A stretch of 36,536 nucleotides of DNA. Source: Octopus bimaculoides (Eukaryota). This document shows positions 24,771 through 36,200 of the stretch, one piece after another. A model generated the notes under the pieces. It did no database searches and was not told where the DNA came from. It was given only the letters and a program-made list of their open reading frames with translations. The DNA is taken from positions 28,279,124 to 28,315,659 of the forward strand of contig NC_068989.1 in assembly GCF_001194135.2 (NCBI RefSeq), in the 5' to 3' direction. A program made the translations under genes and the position numbers. Numbering within the stretch: position 1 is the first letter of the stretch; every line of letters begins with the position of its first letter.

Positions 24771-26169
24771 CAGTGAAGCTAATCGCCACATCAATATGGC
24801 TGTTCAATACTAGTTTAACCCCAGGAAGATCTTCCACCAACTGGTTATAGATGCAGTCTTCACTCTGTATATATATTGCAAGCGGGGAAGCGAGCCCCTA
24901 CCATCCACCAGTAGACGACAGGATCGCATGAACGATTGCGTTTCCAGCTAGTTTGCTCGTCCTCAGTTGCGAACATACGGTCGCCAGAGAGATGGACAGA
25001 GTCCGCTCCAGCAAGTAATGTACAGTAAACAAAGCAACCAAAGTAACTAATTATAAATTCTCAATAAGAGATGAGAGTGGTAACTATACTAACAAGTAAA
25101 GCCATCTCTCTGATATATTAGCAATATATCTTTATTAACACTACGAATATTCATTTCGTAATTTTAATGTCAATCTTAATTTTAATTTTAAATTTAATTT
25201 TAAATGTTAACTATATTTTTAATAATTTTTAATTATTTCTATTTATTTATTTTTATAATATTATGTTTCAACACTAGTTTTTAACTGTAAATCTTAAATC
25301 TTTTGTTTGCTTAGCTTTATCACAACTAGACAGCCCTAGGTCTCCCCTCGAGTAAAATTTGACCACTCACTACAGATGACGTCTATTATCATATTTGTGA
25401 TCGCTTTCTTACCTACACATCCTCCCTCTCATTGGTACCCAGCCTTGTAGGTCTGGTATCTGCTTTATCTTTTCCCTTATCTGTCCGTCTCTACATCTAC
25501 TCCCCCTAATTTCTTTGGAAAGTAATACCCCACACTTGTCTTTGCACTCACTCCCTCTAATTTCCCTGATATATACCAATCAGTATATATCTAGCACAAA
25601 GCCGTTATCTACCTGTCTTTCTCACACCAGATTGTATTATTTATTCCTCCCTCTAATTTCTCTGGACTAAATACTCTCCACAATACTGAATAGCATAAGG
25701 CATATGTCACTTATCCACCTATCTTTCTTACACCGATGTATATTATTTATTCCACTTTCAGTATTTGTTCAACTTTACAACTGCCAGTACTCATTTTTCC
25801 TCACTACGGAGTACTATCTAACCATTCTTTTTTTCTCACAATGGAGTACTATCTAACCATTCTTTCTGATCATGGATTTACCTAAGGAATACCCAATCTA
25901 ACTGTATTTAAATGGACCTCTCCTCCCCCTTGGACATAATGTACCGCAACAACTATCATTCATGAGGAACTTTCTTCCACTATGTAACCTATATCTCCCC
26001 GATGACAGTATACCCAACTTATGGAGTTTCCGCTCAACACGACGTTCCAATAGCTGGGATATCCCAGAAACAGATGTCAGAGACTATTCTTTTACCATCC
26101 GTTCTGTAGCTAAATTAAATTAATTGTCCTAGTCAGGTCTTACCTAATTGTTTGCCTTTCCTCACCACT

Positions 26170-26175
26170 TTAACC

Positions 26176-26208
<33 letters not shown>

Positions 26209-26420
26209 GCATACATACATACATACATACATACATGTGTGTGTGTATGTGTGTGTAGCATTGTAATATGTGTAAAGGTGATAAGTGCTCAAAGATTTTT
26301 CAAACTTTTTTCCATCTCTGACACATACACGTATACACGCACATACACACACACATACACACATATATATATATACACATATTTATACAAACGCGCACGC
26401 TCACACACACATGTATATAA
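26170..26420 (+). repeat. Compound (TA)/(CATA)/(TG)/(CA) microsatellite region
   Basis: Direct reading; explains ORFs 26152..26430 and 26170..26364. Confidence 0.93.
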
Positions 26421-26690
26421 TGACGGGTGATATTCATGTCTCTACCAAAGTTTAAAAAATAATGAATTAACTGCTAAGATTTATATTAGCAGTAATTATA
26501 AGCAGAAATTTCAACTTTGTTAACATTCTATCTTACCTGGGTATGGTAGTATGAAGCCACTCAGCAGTAATGCATTACTGTAACACCGTAAGCTATATTC
26601 TATAAGACGATACTAGTTTCCATTATACAAAATGTGTTCTTCTTCGTTTGTTATGAGGATATTATTGTCGGTTACGCTGCTTGCATAAAA

Positions 26691-27715
26691 TACTGTGTTG
26701 GGTCAAAAGCTTTGCAATATTTTGGTAACTTCAAGGTTGACTTTGACTTTCATCATTTTGGGGTCGATAGAATAAATACCAGTTGAGCACTGGGGTCAAT
26801 GTAATCTGATTACACCCTCTCCCGAAATTGCTAGTTTTGTTCCAATATTTGAAACCTAATATTTTGGTAACTTATTTGCTTTACTTGTCAAGTTACAGCA
26901 GCAGCCTAGAACTCAAAGTAGAGGCCATCATGCTGCACCATCTGAAGCCACCTTTCTGCCACTTCTTTGATCCCGCACTTATAACAGTTCTTTCCCGTGA
27001 AGCGAAGAACTCCTTCACTGAAGCTTCCACCTCTTCTTGGTTGATGAAGCGTGGAAAATGTAGTGATTCAGCCATAGATCGGAAGTAATAATCCGAGGGA
27101 GTTGTTAGGTCCGGACTATATGCTAGGTGTAGCATCAGTTCGAGCTTTATGAGGTCTTGCGTTGCCTTACTGCAGAAGAGCTGGCTATCTGTTAAGCAAT
27201 ACAGGGTATTTTGCCGCACAATCGCGTACATCCATGAGATGCAAAGCTGTCCTGATACTCCCCGAGTGTTACTCGCCAGATTTGTTTTATGGTTATGAGC
27301 ATGGCAAAGAAATCTACTGTTTTAAGTCTACCTGACCTTACCTGTTCATCGAGATTTTTGAAACTAGAGCGAAATTTATTGAACCATCTGATTTACGTCT
27401 TGTGATCAACTGCAACTTCACCTTTCGCACAACAATTGTTTTTGGTCGCTTCCTCGGCATTACGGCCCAGTTCAAACTTGTAAAGCATAAAACTCGAATT
27501 AGACTAGGTCGCACGTTCATCTGTCTGACTTTCAAATGGTATACGGAGTGAAGCAATACACAACGCGTCAGTGCACCAACTACCATGATATGACCAACTT
27601 CGGCAGTTACCTTCCATGGCTTGAAATACTTCGGTCACGTGATATACACGCCGCAAACTAGCACGTATGCAAATATTTTATTACTTGAAATGTTTAACAA
27701 GGTCTGAATATATTT
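26691..27715 (-). mobile_element. Internally deleted, decayed mariner with a SINE nested near its 3' end
   Basis: N-terminal HTH-like segment (frameshifted RSLIR...EFELGxNA...WFxKFRSG, ORF 27338..27586) and C-terminal segment AYSPDLTTPSDYYFRSMA...EEVEASVKEFFAS (ORF 26893..27231). Ends are approximate. Confidence 0.85.
26732..26857 (+). mobile_element. 5'-truncated tRNA-SINE with 16-bp TSD, inserted in the mariner subterminal region
   Basis: SINE 3' body flanked by AATATTTTGGTAACTT at 26716-26731 and 26858-26873. Confidence 0.92.
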
Positions 27716-29838
27716 TTGTTGTTAGTCAGCTTTATCAAGCTATCATCTAGGCTTTTTTAACCAAGGTAACAAACTAAATATTGCCTAAAAATGTATATTG
27801 CCAGGGAATCTAAAGTAGATACATTACAGTTCCGCAGTTCTTGCATTTAATATTGATGAAATATATATCTGCAATACATCAAGATAAATTTAGAAGACTA
27901 CAACCCTTCGTTTCCTTTTTTAAAATTGATGCCTCTTTCTAATGTAAAACTAATAATTTCAGATTGACTAACTTGGAAGTGAAGAAAAGATTCAGAACTC
28001 TGATATAACTTTTTTTTAACTGATGTAGCTGAAGTAATAGTTAGTAATAGCAAAGTTCAATTCTAGAAATTCTAACTAGATTTTTATCATGGCTCGTTTG
28101 GCACCTCTGGTTTCGTCATGTTAGTATATCTAATATATGCTGTAAGATTGTAGACGTTTAATAACTAAAGTAGAAATTAAAGAAAAGCAAACGTTGGCTT
28201 AACATTCAACAGACAATACAATTAATGAAGGAATTGCAATCCTAATTGAAATCATTAATAAAACCTAAAGTCAGCTATCCAATTCATAGAAATCAGCAAA
28301 AAGACAAGTTTCTTTTTTTCTTTTAATACAAACTTTAGCGGTAATCGATATTCCACTAAGCAAAACAAACAATAGCAAAAATAAAGATCAAACTAAATTT
28401 TCTGATTAAGTTAAATGATTAATTGATCTAGTGTATATTTGATTATTAAGTGGATACTATGATTGCTATTTGAAGAAAAGTAGATTAGACGCACATATTA
28501 GTATATTTCTCAAAATCTTCAGACATTTTACTTCCTTAACTTTATCACATGTTCAGCACATTCTAAGAGAAAGTTAAATAAAGCTATTTGACAGACGCAT
28601 AGACATATATATGTAAGAAAGAGGTGTAGATGATTATATCAACCCCATAATATAACTGGTAACTATTTGTTATTGACGCCGCAGGAAAAAGTAAAATCCA
28701 TCTTTACGGTATTTAAGCTACAATATAAAGGTTGACCGTCAATTAACCCAGCAACTATATTACCGACTGCTTTTTGAACATCACATATCTCAGAAAAATA
28801 ACATGTACAATCAATTTTATCGATCAGTACTTGATCGCTGCTTAGCTCATCGACCTTGGATTGATGAAATCAATATTGATCTCATTCGTTAGAAATCATT
28901 AGTTTTTATATTGGTATGATGTCAAAATCTTATTTAATTGACCGTAATTGGTGGTGTTTATTAATCTATTTAAGAGTAATATGAATGAAACGAATTGGTG
29001 AGATGAGAATACTAGATTCAACTCGGCCAGTTACGTCAGATGTACAGGACGTGATTGTGAAGTGTCTGCCATGTGTACCTCGCTGCGGGCGTTATTGTTT
29101 TTACTTTGTGAGACAGAGATCATCTTCAATCCAGAAGCTGAAAATTCTGTCCACTCGATCATTACGTACTTTCAAGTGACATTCTAAGATGTTCAAATTC
29201 ATGAAGACAAACTTTCAGCTATAAATTACTTGAGCTTTTGATATTGGAGAATTATTATTACGCATTACATTCGGCAAAAGTCAACCCCTTTTCTCGTCGA
29301 CTTAACCTTTCCCTCATCCAACATTGACAAAACGTGAAGATGTACTATAATGTGACTTTCGATTTCATTTAACGTTCCATTTATCAAAATGTATGGAACT
29401 ATCTCTATGTTAGAAAACTATGTTTGGAGCAGTAGATGTCAGAATAGGCAACACGAAGAAAAAATCTTTGTTAGGTGGAAAACAACTTTACATGACATAG
29501 TCGTGATATCCTTAACAATACTTCTAAAATAATATTTTAGTTATGTTTCCTCTATGTTCTGAGCTTCACTTCTGCTGGAGTTAACTTCGGCTTTTAAATT
29601 CTTTCCAGCGTTGACAATTAAACCAATACACGTTTAATATAATGAGATTGCTTTAATTTATAATACATTTCACCTCAGAACATATAACCTTGAACTGTTG
29701 TTAGGAATTGCTATTATTTTATTATAGATATAATCATAATAGTTTCAAAATGCAAAGGAAATTATTCTAGCGAATCTTTGAGATTTTTTTTATTTCATAT
29801 TTTTCTGAAACCACTCTTCTTTTTTTCATTTCTTGCAG

Positions 29839-29907
29839 GTTCTTAAGGCCTCCAGTCCGTTGTTGATGCGGATTATTCTTCTGGGAGCATTTTTCTTATA
29901 TTGTCCC
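29839..29907 (+). CDS. Internal coding exon (69 nt, 23 aa, phase 0-0) of the GPR158/179-like GPCR; ICL1 and TM2
   Basis: Acceptor ttttttcatttcttgcAG (AG 29837-29838) and donor CCC|GTAAGT (29908). Encodes VLKASSPLLMRIILLGAFFLYCP, in frame with the previous exon and resembling GPR158 ICL1-TM2 (SIRASGLILLETILFGSLLLYFP, recalled). Absent from the ORF track. Confidence 0.9.
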
Positions 29908-30916
29908 GTAAGTCTTTATACAAATATTCAATGTTCTGTTTTAACAATTGCATATATATATATATATAGATATCTAGAAATATTTACTATACCCCACGCA
30001 ACATAGCAACCCGTCAATAAGTCATGCAGTAAAACTTTCACTTATTCTAGAATCTGTTTGCCAGAGTTCACAAAATTGAAGATGAAATATAAAAATATAA
30101 AAAGAAAGAAATGTTATTCACCAATCATCGAAATAAACTAAATAAATTATTTATGGTCACTAGAGTTGTTTTCTGGAAGATTATTTGGTTCTGTCTACTT
30201 AGAAGAGTGAATGTGGAGAAGAGGATTTGTTTCGATAATAATGAGTATGCAGAGCAACGGATGTCACAGTAGAACACTTTCAGGAAATAATTTGGCAAGC
30301 AATCTTTAATATATGAGGATATGCAGAAAATAAAGATGCTAATGTCTATTTTGAGTCGTCATATCAGTCGGATAGTGTGTTGCGAAAGTTTGTGGAATAT
30401 CTCTGCAGCAGCTATTATCCGAATTATCAGAGGGTATATATTTACGTCTACATCATTTTCCAATGCGTATATTCATATTTGAGATCGTAAGTTTTTTATT
30501 CAGCGGATCTATTATATTATCAAGTGGTCTCCTCAGTCATGTTCTTCAGCTGTTCATCTGCTTAGTTTCTTTCTCTTGAAATGAAAAATGATCTACGAGA
30601 TATTATTAGAAATAAAATATTTTTTTTGTCTTGCTATGCAGTGTACAGGATAGACTACGAAAAGATGATTTAGTAAAAGCTGGGTTGCTTTCGCACATAG
30701 GCTAGGTCTGCTCAATCAGTAATGAACTGAAACTAATCAGCAACATCAACTACAGAATTAAAATATTATTGATGTTCTCTAATTTTTTTAATGTGAATGA
30801 GGTTCAGATAAAGAAACCCACTTGCAACAATTATACTGTATTAACGAACAGAAAAAAAATACATACACATTTTTGGTCTATGTTAATATTGGAAAATTAT
30901 CAAATTTATTATTATT

Positions 30917-32012
30917 TTGGTTTGACTCATGTTCGGTTTTATTCATGGGAGGATTTATGTGAGTAGCGGGTTACTACCTGTAACCTTAGGTATCCACAAG
31001 TTTTCAGCTGTGTTTCAAGTGCTTAGAACCCTCCTGATAATCCTTGTTATCCCTAAGAGACAAACTTTCTGTAGGAGCTCTACCGGCCATTTTATTCTAA
31101 TTTCGTTCAACCATTTGTCTATATCTTTGCTTACTGTTCCCAATGAACCAATTATTGTAGGCATGGCTTTTACTGTTCTCATGCTCCAAATCCTTCCTAT
31201 TTCAAATTTTAAGGGTTTTTTAAACATTTTTTCGTCCTCTTTCTTTACGATCCTAGAATCAAACGGGCATGATGGGTTGATTAGTAAGCAACTTCGCTTT
31301 TCCTTATCTATAATTGTTATGTCCAATCTGTTATTTTCTAATATCTTGTCCGTTTGAACACGAAAGTCCCACAAAATCTTATATTTCTCCTACTCCAGTA
31401 CTCTTTCGACTCTAGCTTCAAATCCCCGTTTCTGGTACAGTTTCGAGTGTAAAACTTTTACAACCTAGTCATGCGTCCATTTCTTATATTCTTCCTGTAC
31501 CAACTTGGGGCATTCTTTCACCAGGTGTTCTATTTTCTCATTCCAAGTTTCAAAGGTTCTACATTATACTGACACATTCTCTCCATTTTTTCTCAAGTTT
31601 TTTTTCAAGTTGTTTGTTTTTATCGCTTGATCTTAGGCTGTTACATTTATGCTCTTTGTTTCTTTTTATAATTACCCATTTTTTTTTACCAAGCCCAGGA
31701 TTTTCTTCCACATACGACTTCAGTGGCTCTCCAGAATTGGCCATGCAGAGGTTTCTCTTTAATCTGTCAGACATGCTCTCTTTGTATTTCATTCTTCTCC
31801 TGTTCTCCTATTACGTTTTTCTGCTTTTCTGTACTGCTCTGTAAATACTCTACTAGGCTTTTTCTTTCCATCTATACACATTATTCAACTACTATTAAGC
31901 CTCTTCCACCCTGGTTTCTCCTCAAGTACAGCAGGTTGATACCAGCTTTCGGATGGGCTTCATACAATGTCAGCTTTTGGATGGTGGGCTCCATACAATG
32001 TCATACATTGTC
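30917..32012 (-). mobile_element. R4/Dong-clade RLE retrotransposon copy A (5'-truncated; thumb, CCHC remnant, restriction-like endonuclease, 3' UTR)
   Basis: YGAHHPKAD...GGRGL, KPLHGQFW, EHLVKECPKLVQEEYK and ORF 31015..31374 (WDFRVQTDKILENNRLDI...LQKVCLLGITRIIRRVL). Short (TAA)n on both sides (30906-30916 and 32013-32024). Confidence 0.92.
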
Positions 32013-32073
32013 ATTATTATTATTTTCATATACACAACAGATTCGACTGTTGGGGAAGTATTATTATTATTAA

Positions 32074-32287
32074 GGCGACGAGCTGGCAGAATCGTTAGCA
32101 AGCAGGGGAAAATATTTAGCGGCATTTCGTCCGTCTTTACATTCTGAGTTCAAATTCAGCTGAGGTCGATTTTGCCTTTCAGCCTTTCGGGGTCACTAAA
32201 TTAAGTAGCAGTGAAACACTGGGGTCTATGTAATCGACTAGTTTGCTTCCTCAAAACTGCTGCTGTTGTGGGTGGCAAAATTAAAAC

Positions 32288-32290
<3 letters not shown>
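32074..32290 (+). mobile_element. Full-length tRNA-SINE flanked by (ATT)n on both sides
   Basis: ggcgacgagctggcagaatcgttagc...gagttcaaattc...aaaaccattatt. (ATT)n at 32059-32072 and 32290-32346. Confidence 0.92.
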
Positions 32291-32345
<55 letters not shown>

Positions 32346-32346
32346 G

Positions 32347-32852
32347 AGTGAGAGAGCAGTGCATGCCATCAAAGTGACACTGAGGTACAATATAGGAAAC
32401 CCAGTATACATATCATGACTACCCGTCTGATAAGATTACACCAGGCACATACATCACAACCATATGTGCGCGACGTGGTGATCTCAAATCAAAATAAACA
32501 GTGCATGAACTTTCAGATAGGACCCAGTTAGAATTTTCTTCAGGTTGTGTAGTCCATCCCAGAATAAAGGTCGTTTAAGGATGTTGAACGAAACACTTAT
32601 GTTCCAGAGTAAAATTATTCACACTTCAACACATAGCTATGATATTCCCCCGCTACTTCTGCCCGTGATCAGAGATGCACATATCGTCAGCCACCAAGAG
32701 ACATGCTCAACTAGTTAAGGTCAAACAACTGACGCGCAAATCTGTGGTACTGAGCAGAACATTTGCTGTAGCCCATCTTTTATACCAAGATAAAACATGT
32801 ACGTGATAACACTTCCAATCAGTTAAGATCAGAAGCCATGGGAGTCAGTGCC
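32347..32852 (-). mobile_element. ~500-bp non-coding interspersed element ending in a (TAA)n tail
   Basis: No ORF; minus-strand 3' end ...gcactgctctctcactc|aataataa. I recall it as an abundant octopus repeat; family not assigned. Confidence 0.6.
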
Positions 32853-33087
32853 TGGTACTGCACCATAGTATTGGTACTGCATCATAGTATTGGTACTGCA
32901 TCAGGACATGGTACTGCATCAGGGCATTGGTACTGCATCAGGGTACTGGTACTTCATCAAGGCATTGGTACTGCATCAGAGTATTGGTACTGCATCAGAA
33001 TACTGGTACTGCATTAGGGAATTGGTACTGCATCAGCGCATTGGAACTGCTCAGAGCATTGGTGCTGCATCAGGGCATGGTACTGCA
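32853..33087 (+). repeat. 19-bp minisatellite, ~12.5 copies, consensus TGGTACTGCATCAGGGCAT
   Basis: Units counted by hand at 32853, 32872, 32891, 32909, 32928, 32947, 32966, 32985, 33004, 33023, 33042, 33060 and a partial at 33078. Explains ORFs 32890..33165 and 32927..33190. Confidence 0.97.
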
Positions 33088-33239
33088 AGAAGCTTGCTTT
33101 CCAACCACATGGTTCCGGGTTCAGTCCCACTGCGTAGCACCTTGGGCATGTGGCTTCAACTATAGTCTTGACCCGACCAAAGCCTTGTGAGTGGATTTGG
33201 TAGACAGAAACTGAAAGGAGCCCGTCATATCTATATATT

Positions 33240-33283
<44 letters not shown>

Positions 33284-33495
33284 CATTTGTGTGTTTGTGT
33301 TTGTCCCCACACCATCGCATGACACCCGATGTTGGTGTGTTTACGTCCCCGTAACTTAGCGGTTCGGCAAAAGGATGCGATAGAATAAGTACTACGCTTA
33401 GAAAGAATAAGTTGTGGGGCGATTTGCTGGACTAAAGAAGGTGCTCAAGCATAGCTGCAGTCAAATGCCTGAAACAAGTAAAAGAATAACAATAA
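33088..33495 (+). mobile_element. CORE-type tRNA-derived SINE (5' end clipped) with internal (TG)n
   Basis: B-box-like ggttcagtcc, CORE-like caccttgggcatgtggctt, internal TG tract ~33241-33300, and a 3' part homologous to 14162-14310; tail gtaaaagaataa. Confidence 0.82.
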
Positions 33496-33539
33496 AAGAA
33501 TAAAGAAAATAAGGGGGAAAAGGGAAAGAAAATTCACAA

Positions 33540-35765
33540 CGAATTCACAGCGACAATGCTCTTCTCAGTACGTGTGACGTACCAGTTAAGACAATATTTT
33601 TCACTTCCTGTATGGATGGTAAGCCAGAGATCATTTTAAAATAATTTTCAGTTCCTTTTTTGATCATTCCAAGTGCTCCTACAATAACTGGTATTGTAAC
33701 CGACTTGAGATGCCACATCTTTTCGATTTCAATTATCAAATCTTTATATTTTCTGACCTTATCAAATTCTTTTGCCAAGATATTATGGTCACAGGGTATG
33801 CTCATGTCAATCAATAAACAGATTTTATTGTTTTGGTCTTTTACAACAATATCCGGTTTATTTGCTTTGATGGTCCAGTCTGTACATACTCAGGGTGGTG
33901 CTTGTACCATTTGCCAGCAGTTTTGATTTTATAATGCCGAAACATTATCCAATGTAGATATTGACCAACTCTGTCATATCTTGATTTGTACTCTACAGGT
34001 GCTAAAACGTTACACTCAGAGATTAGGTGGTCCACTGTTTCAACCAATCGTTGCAGTATCGGCACTTTGGGTTTAAGCCATTTTTCATCACGTTGGTTTG
34101 ATAGTTCCGGGTCAATAAGCTCTGATCTTGAGCTGTCAAGATAAAGCCTCCACTCTCTGCCTTTAGTCCTGAGCTCCGTAGCTACTGATGGGTGTGCTTC
34201 TGGTCTACATCAGCTTGTTTGCTACTGGCCACATATTTGCTATGCAGAGGTTTTTGTTCTCACCTATCTGCTAAATTCTTCAAACGCATTTTGCTTTGCT
34301 ATTGGTTTCACCTTCTTTGCAATTACAGTTGCCGCACTTCCATCATACTGTTCAACCTAGGTATCATGCATAAACTAGCTTAAAAATTGTTTGCTCTCCA
34401 TAACAGAATGAAGATTCTTCGACGTCTTTCGTGGTTTTCAACAAGATTTAGCACCCATCCGTTAGATGTTTCAAGATATTTTGCCAGGCCAATTGTACGA
34501 GATTTCAAATTGGATCGAGTCTCGACCTTCTTGAGCTTTGGGTTGGTAAAGACGATCTGCGTTTGTCTTTTGGTGTTGCATCTTATTGTAAGTCAGCAGC
34601 TTACGGATTTTCCTGTCAAACTTCCTTATTTCGCTCATATTTCAGTTCAACACATTGAAATAGTAAATAACAACTAGAACTGCTAAAGAGTTTATGCCTA
34701 ACACCTTATTACGTGCATTTAACTCGTATTTTAGGACTGCTCGAAATCTTCTGTAACACTCCTCCCTGATCTTCTCTTTCATGCTTGCATGCTGAATGTC
34801 AGAGCCCTCATTTGTTCCGAGGTATTTGTAAGTTTGTTCCTGCTCAAGTTCTTTTATGACTGTGTCAACATCCAACACCACTGAATATGAGGTCTTCAAT
34901 TTCTCTTACTGGGAAGTGGCCTTGGCACATTTATCAAGACCAAATTCCATCCCAATGTCATCACTGAATACTCTCACAGTACGAAGTAGTCCTTCACGCT
35001 CATTATCGTCTTTGCCATAGAGTTTTAAGTCATCTATATAAAATAGACGACTTATTTTCTTGCCGCCAATTTTATATCCATATCTTGTTCTGTTAAGTTC
35101 ACTTGTAAGGGATACTAAGGCTATGCAAAAATTAAAGGTGAAAGTGAGTCACCTTGGAAAATGCCGCAGTTGATATTAATATTTTTTGTGGTCAGTACTC
35201 CATTAGAGTGGTATAATTGGAGAGTCGTATTCCAAACTGTTGTGCTTCAGGAAGTCTGAAATCAAAGGAAAAATTTTGAATATATCCAGCGACTTCAAGA
35301 TCCATGAATGCAGTATACTGTCAAAGGCCTTTTTATAATCGATCGATGCGAAACAGATTTCTGCGCTTGTCATGACAGTTCTCAAGGATCATACAATTGA
35401 TTAAGAGTTGATCTTTGCATCTGAGCATATGAGCCTTGTCGGCACCCTTTTTGTTCAGTGGGTAAAATATCGTTCTGTTCCATAAATTTATGTTCTCTCC
35501 ATGAGGATAGATGTTAACATTTTATACGTGGTAGATAGACATATCACGGACCGACAGTTTTGAGGATATTTGGTTTAATTATTCTTCGGGAGTAGATAAG
35601 TAATACTTCTTGCTAACAGTCAGGTGCTTTCGTAGGATCTTTCATAATTGCATTGAATAACTGAACTAATTTTTCGTGTGCGCACGGGAGCGATGCGAAC
35701 CAGAAATTTGACACCCTATCATTACGAGAGGATTTCCACTTATGATCTTTCCTGAGTGTCATCCT
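33540..35765 (-). mobile_element. R4/Dong-clade RLE retrotransposon copy B (5'-truncated; RT through RLE, pseudogenised)
   Basis: RT motifs IDYKKAFDSILHSW, GIFQGDSLSP, YIDDLKLY and FSDDIGMEFGLDKCAK; frameshifted C-x2-C...ETVDHLISEC; RLE IDMSIPCD...KYKDLIIEIEKMW...PVIVGALG...LTGTSHVLRRAL. Internal deletion near 33890. Confidence 0.95.
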
Positions 35766-35767
35766 TA

Positions 35768-35829
<62 letters not shown>

Positions 35830-35830
35830 T
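35766..35830 (+). repeat. (TTA)~21 microsatellite joining Dong copies B and D
   Basis: Direct reading; explains the poly-Tyr ORF 35742..35933. Confidence 0.98.
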
Positions 35831-36200
35831 CTTTTTATCACAGGTGGTTTTGTTGGAACTCCTGGGGTCTTGCATGCGTAGCGGGCCTCTACCTACAGCC
35901 TACGGTACTATACTATCTGTACTTTTCAGCTAATACTTTTCTGATTATTCTGGCCGTGCCAAGGAAACAAACCTCTTGTAACAGTTCTACTGAGCAATCT
36001 ATTCTAATTTCCTTTATATTTTTCTTGATGCCTTCTCATTCCAAGGGCCGACCCTCCAGGTCGTGGCCAAAGTTTGGTCTTGCGCTGCCATTATAGAGAT
36101 TTCGGTCTCTTCTTTAGTGTTCTTTTTTTCAGTCAATCCCACCTATTCTATCAGCAACTTCTGTTCTGGCTATATGGAATGGATTGTGTAGTCCCTTGTT
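35831..36200 (-). mobile_element. R4/Dong-clade copy D (short, large internal deletion, intact 3' UTR and TAA tail)
   Basis: Minus-strand translation NKGLH...KEETEISIMAAQDQTLAT, then a jump near 36063 to ...IKEIRIDCSVELLQEVCFLGTARIIRKVLA*, then 3' UTR and (TAA)n. Confidence 0.85.

Noticed and set aside
30200-30500. Open stretch ...KFVEYLCSSYYPNYQRVY... examined as a possible next GPCR exon
   Set aside because: It does not resemble TM3 of the GPR158 family and lacks convincing splice sites; the next exon appears to lie beyond the window.
32853-33087. Minisatellite considered as a CRISPR-like array
   Set aside because: Units are contiguous with no unique spacers, the context is eukaryotic, and there are no cas genes.
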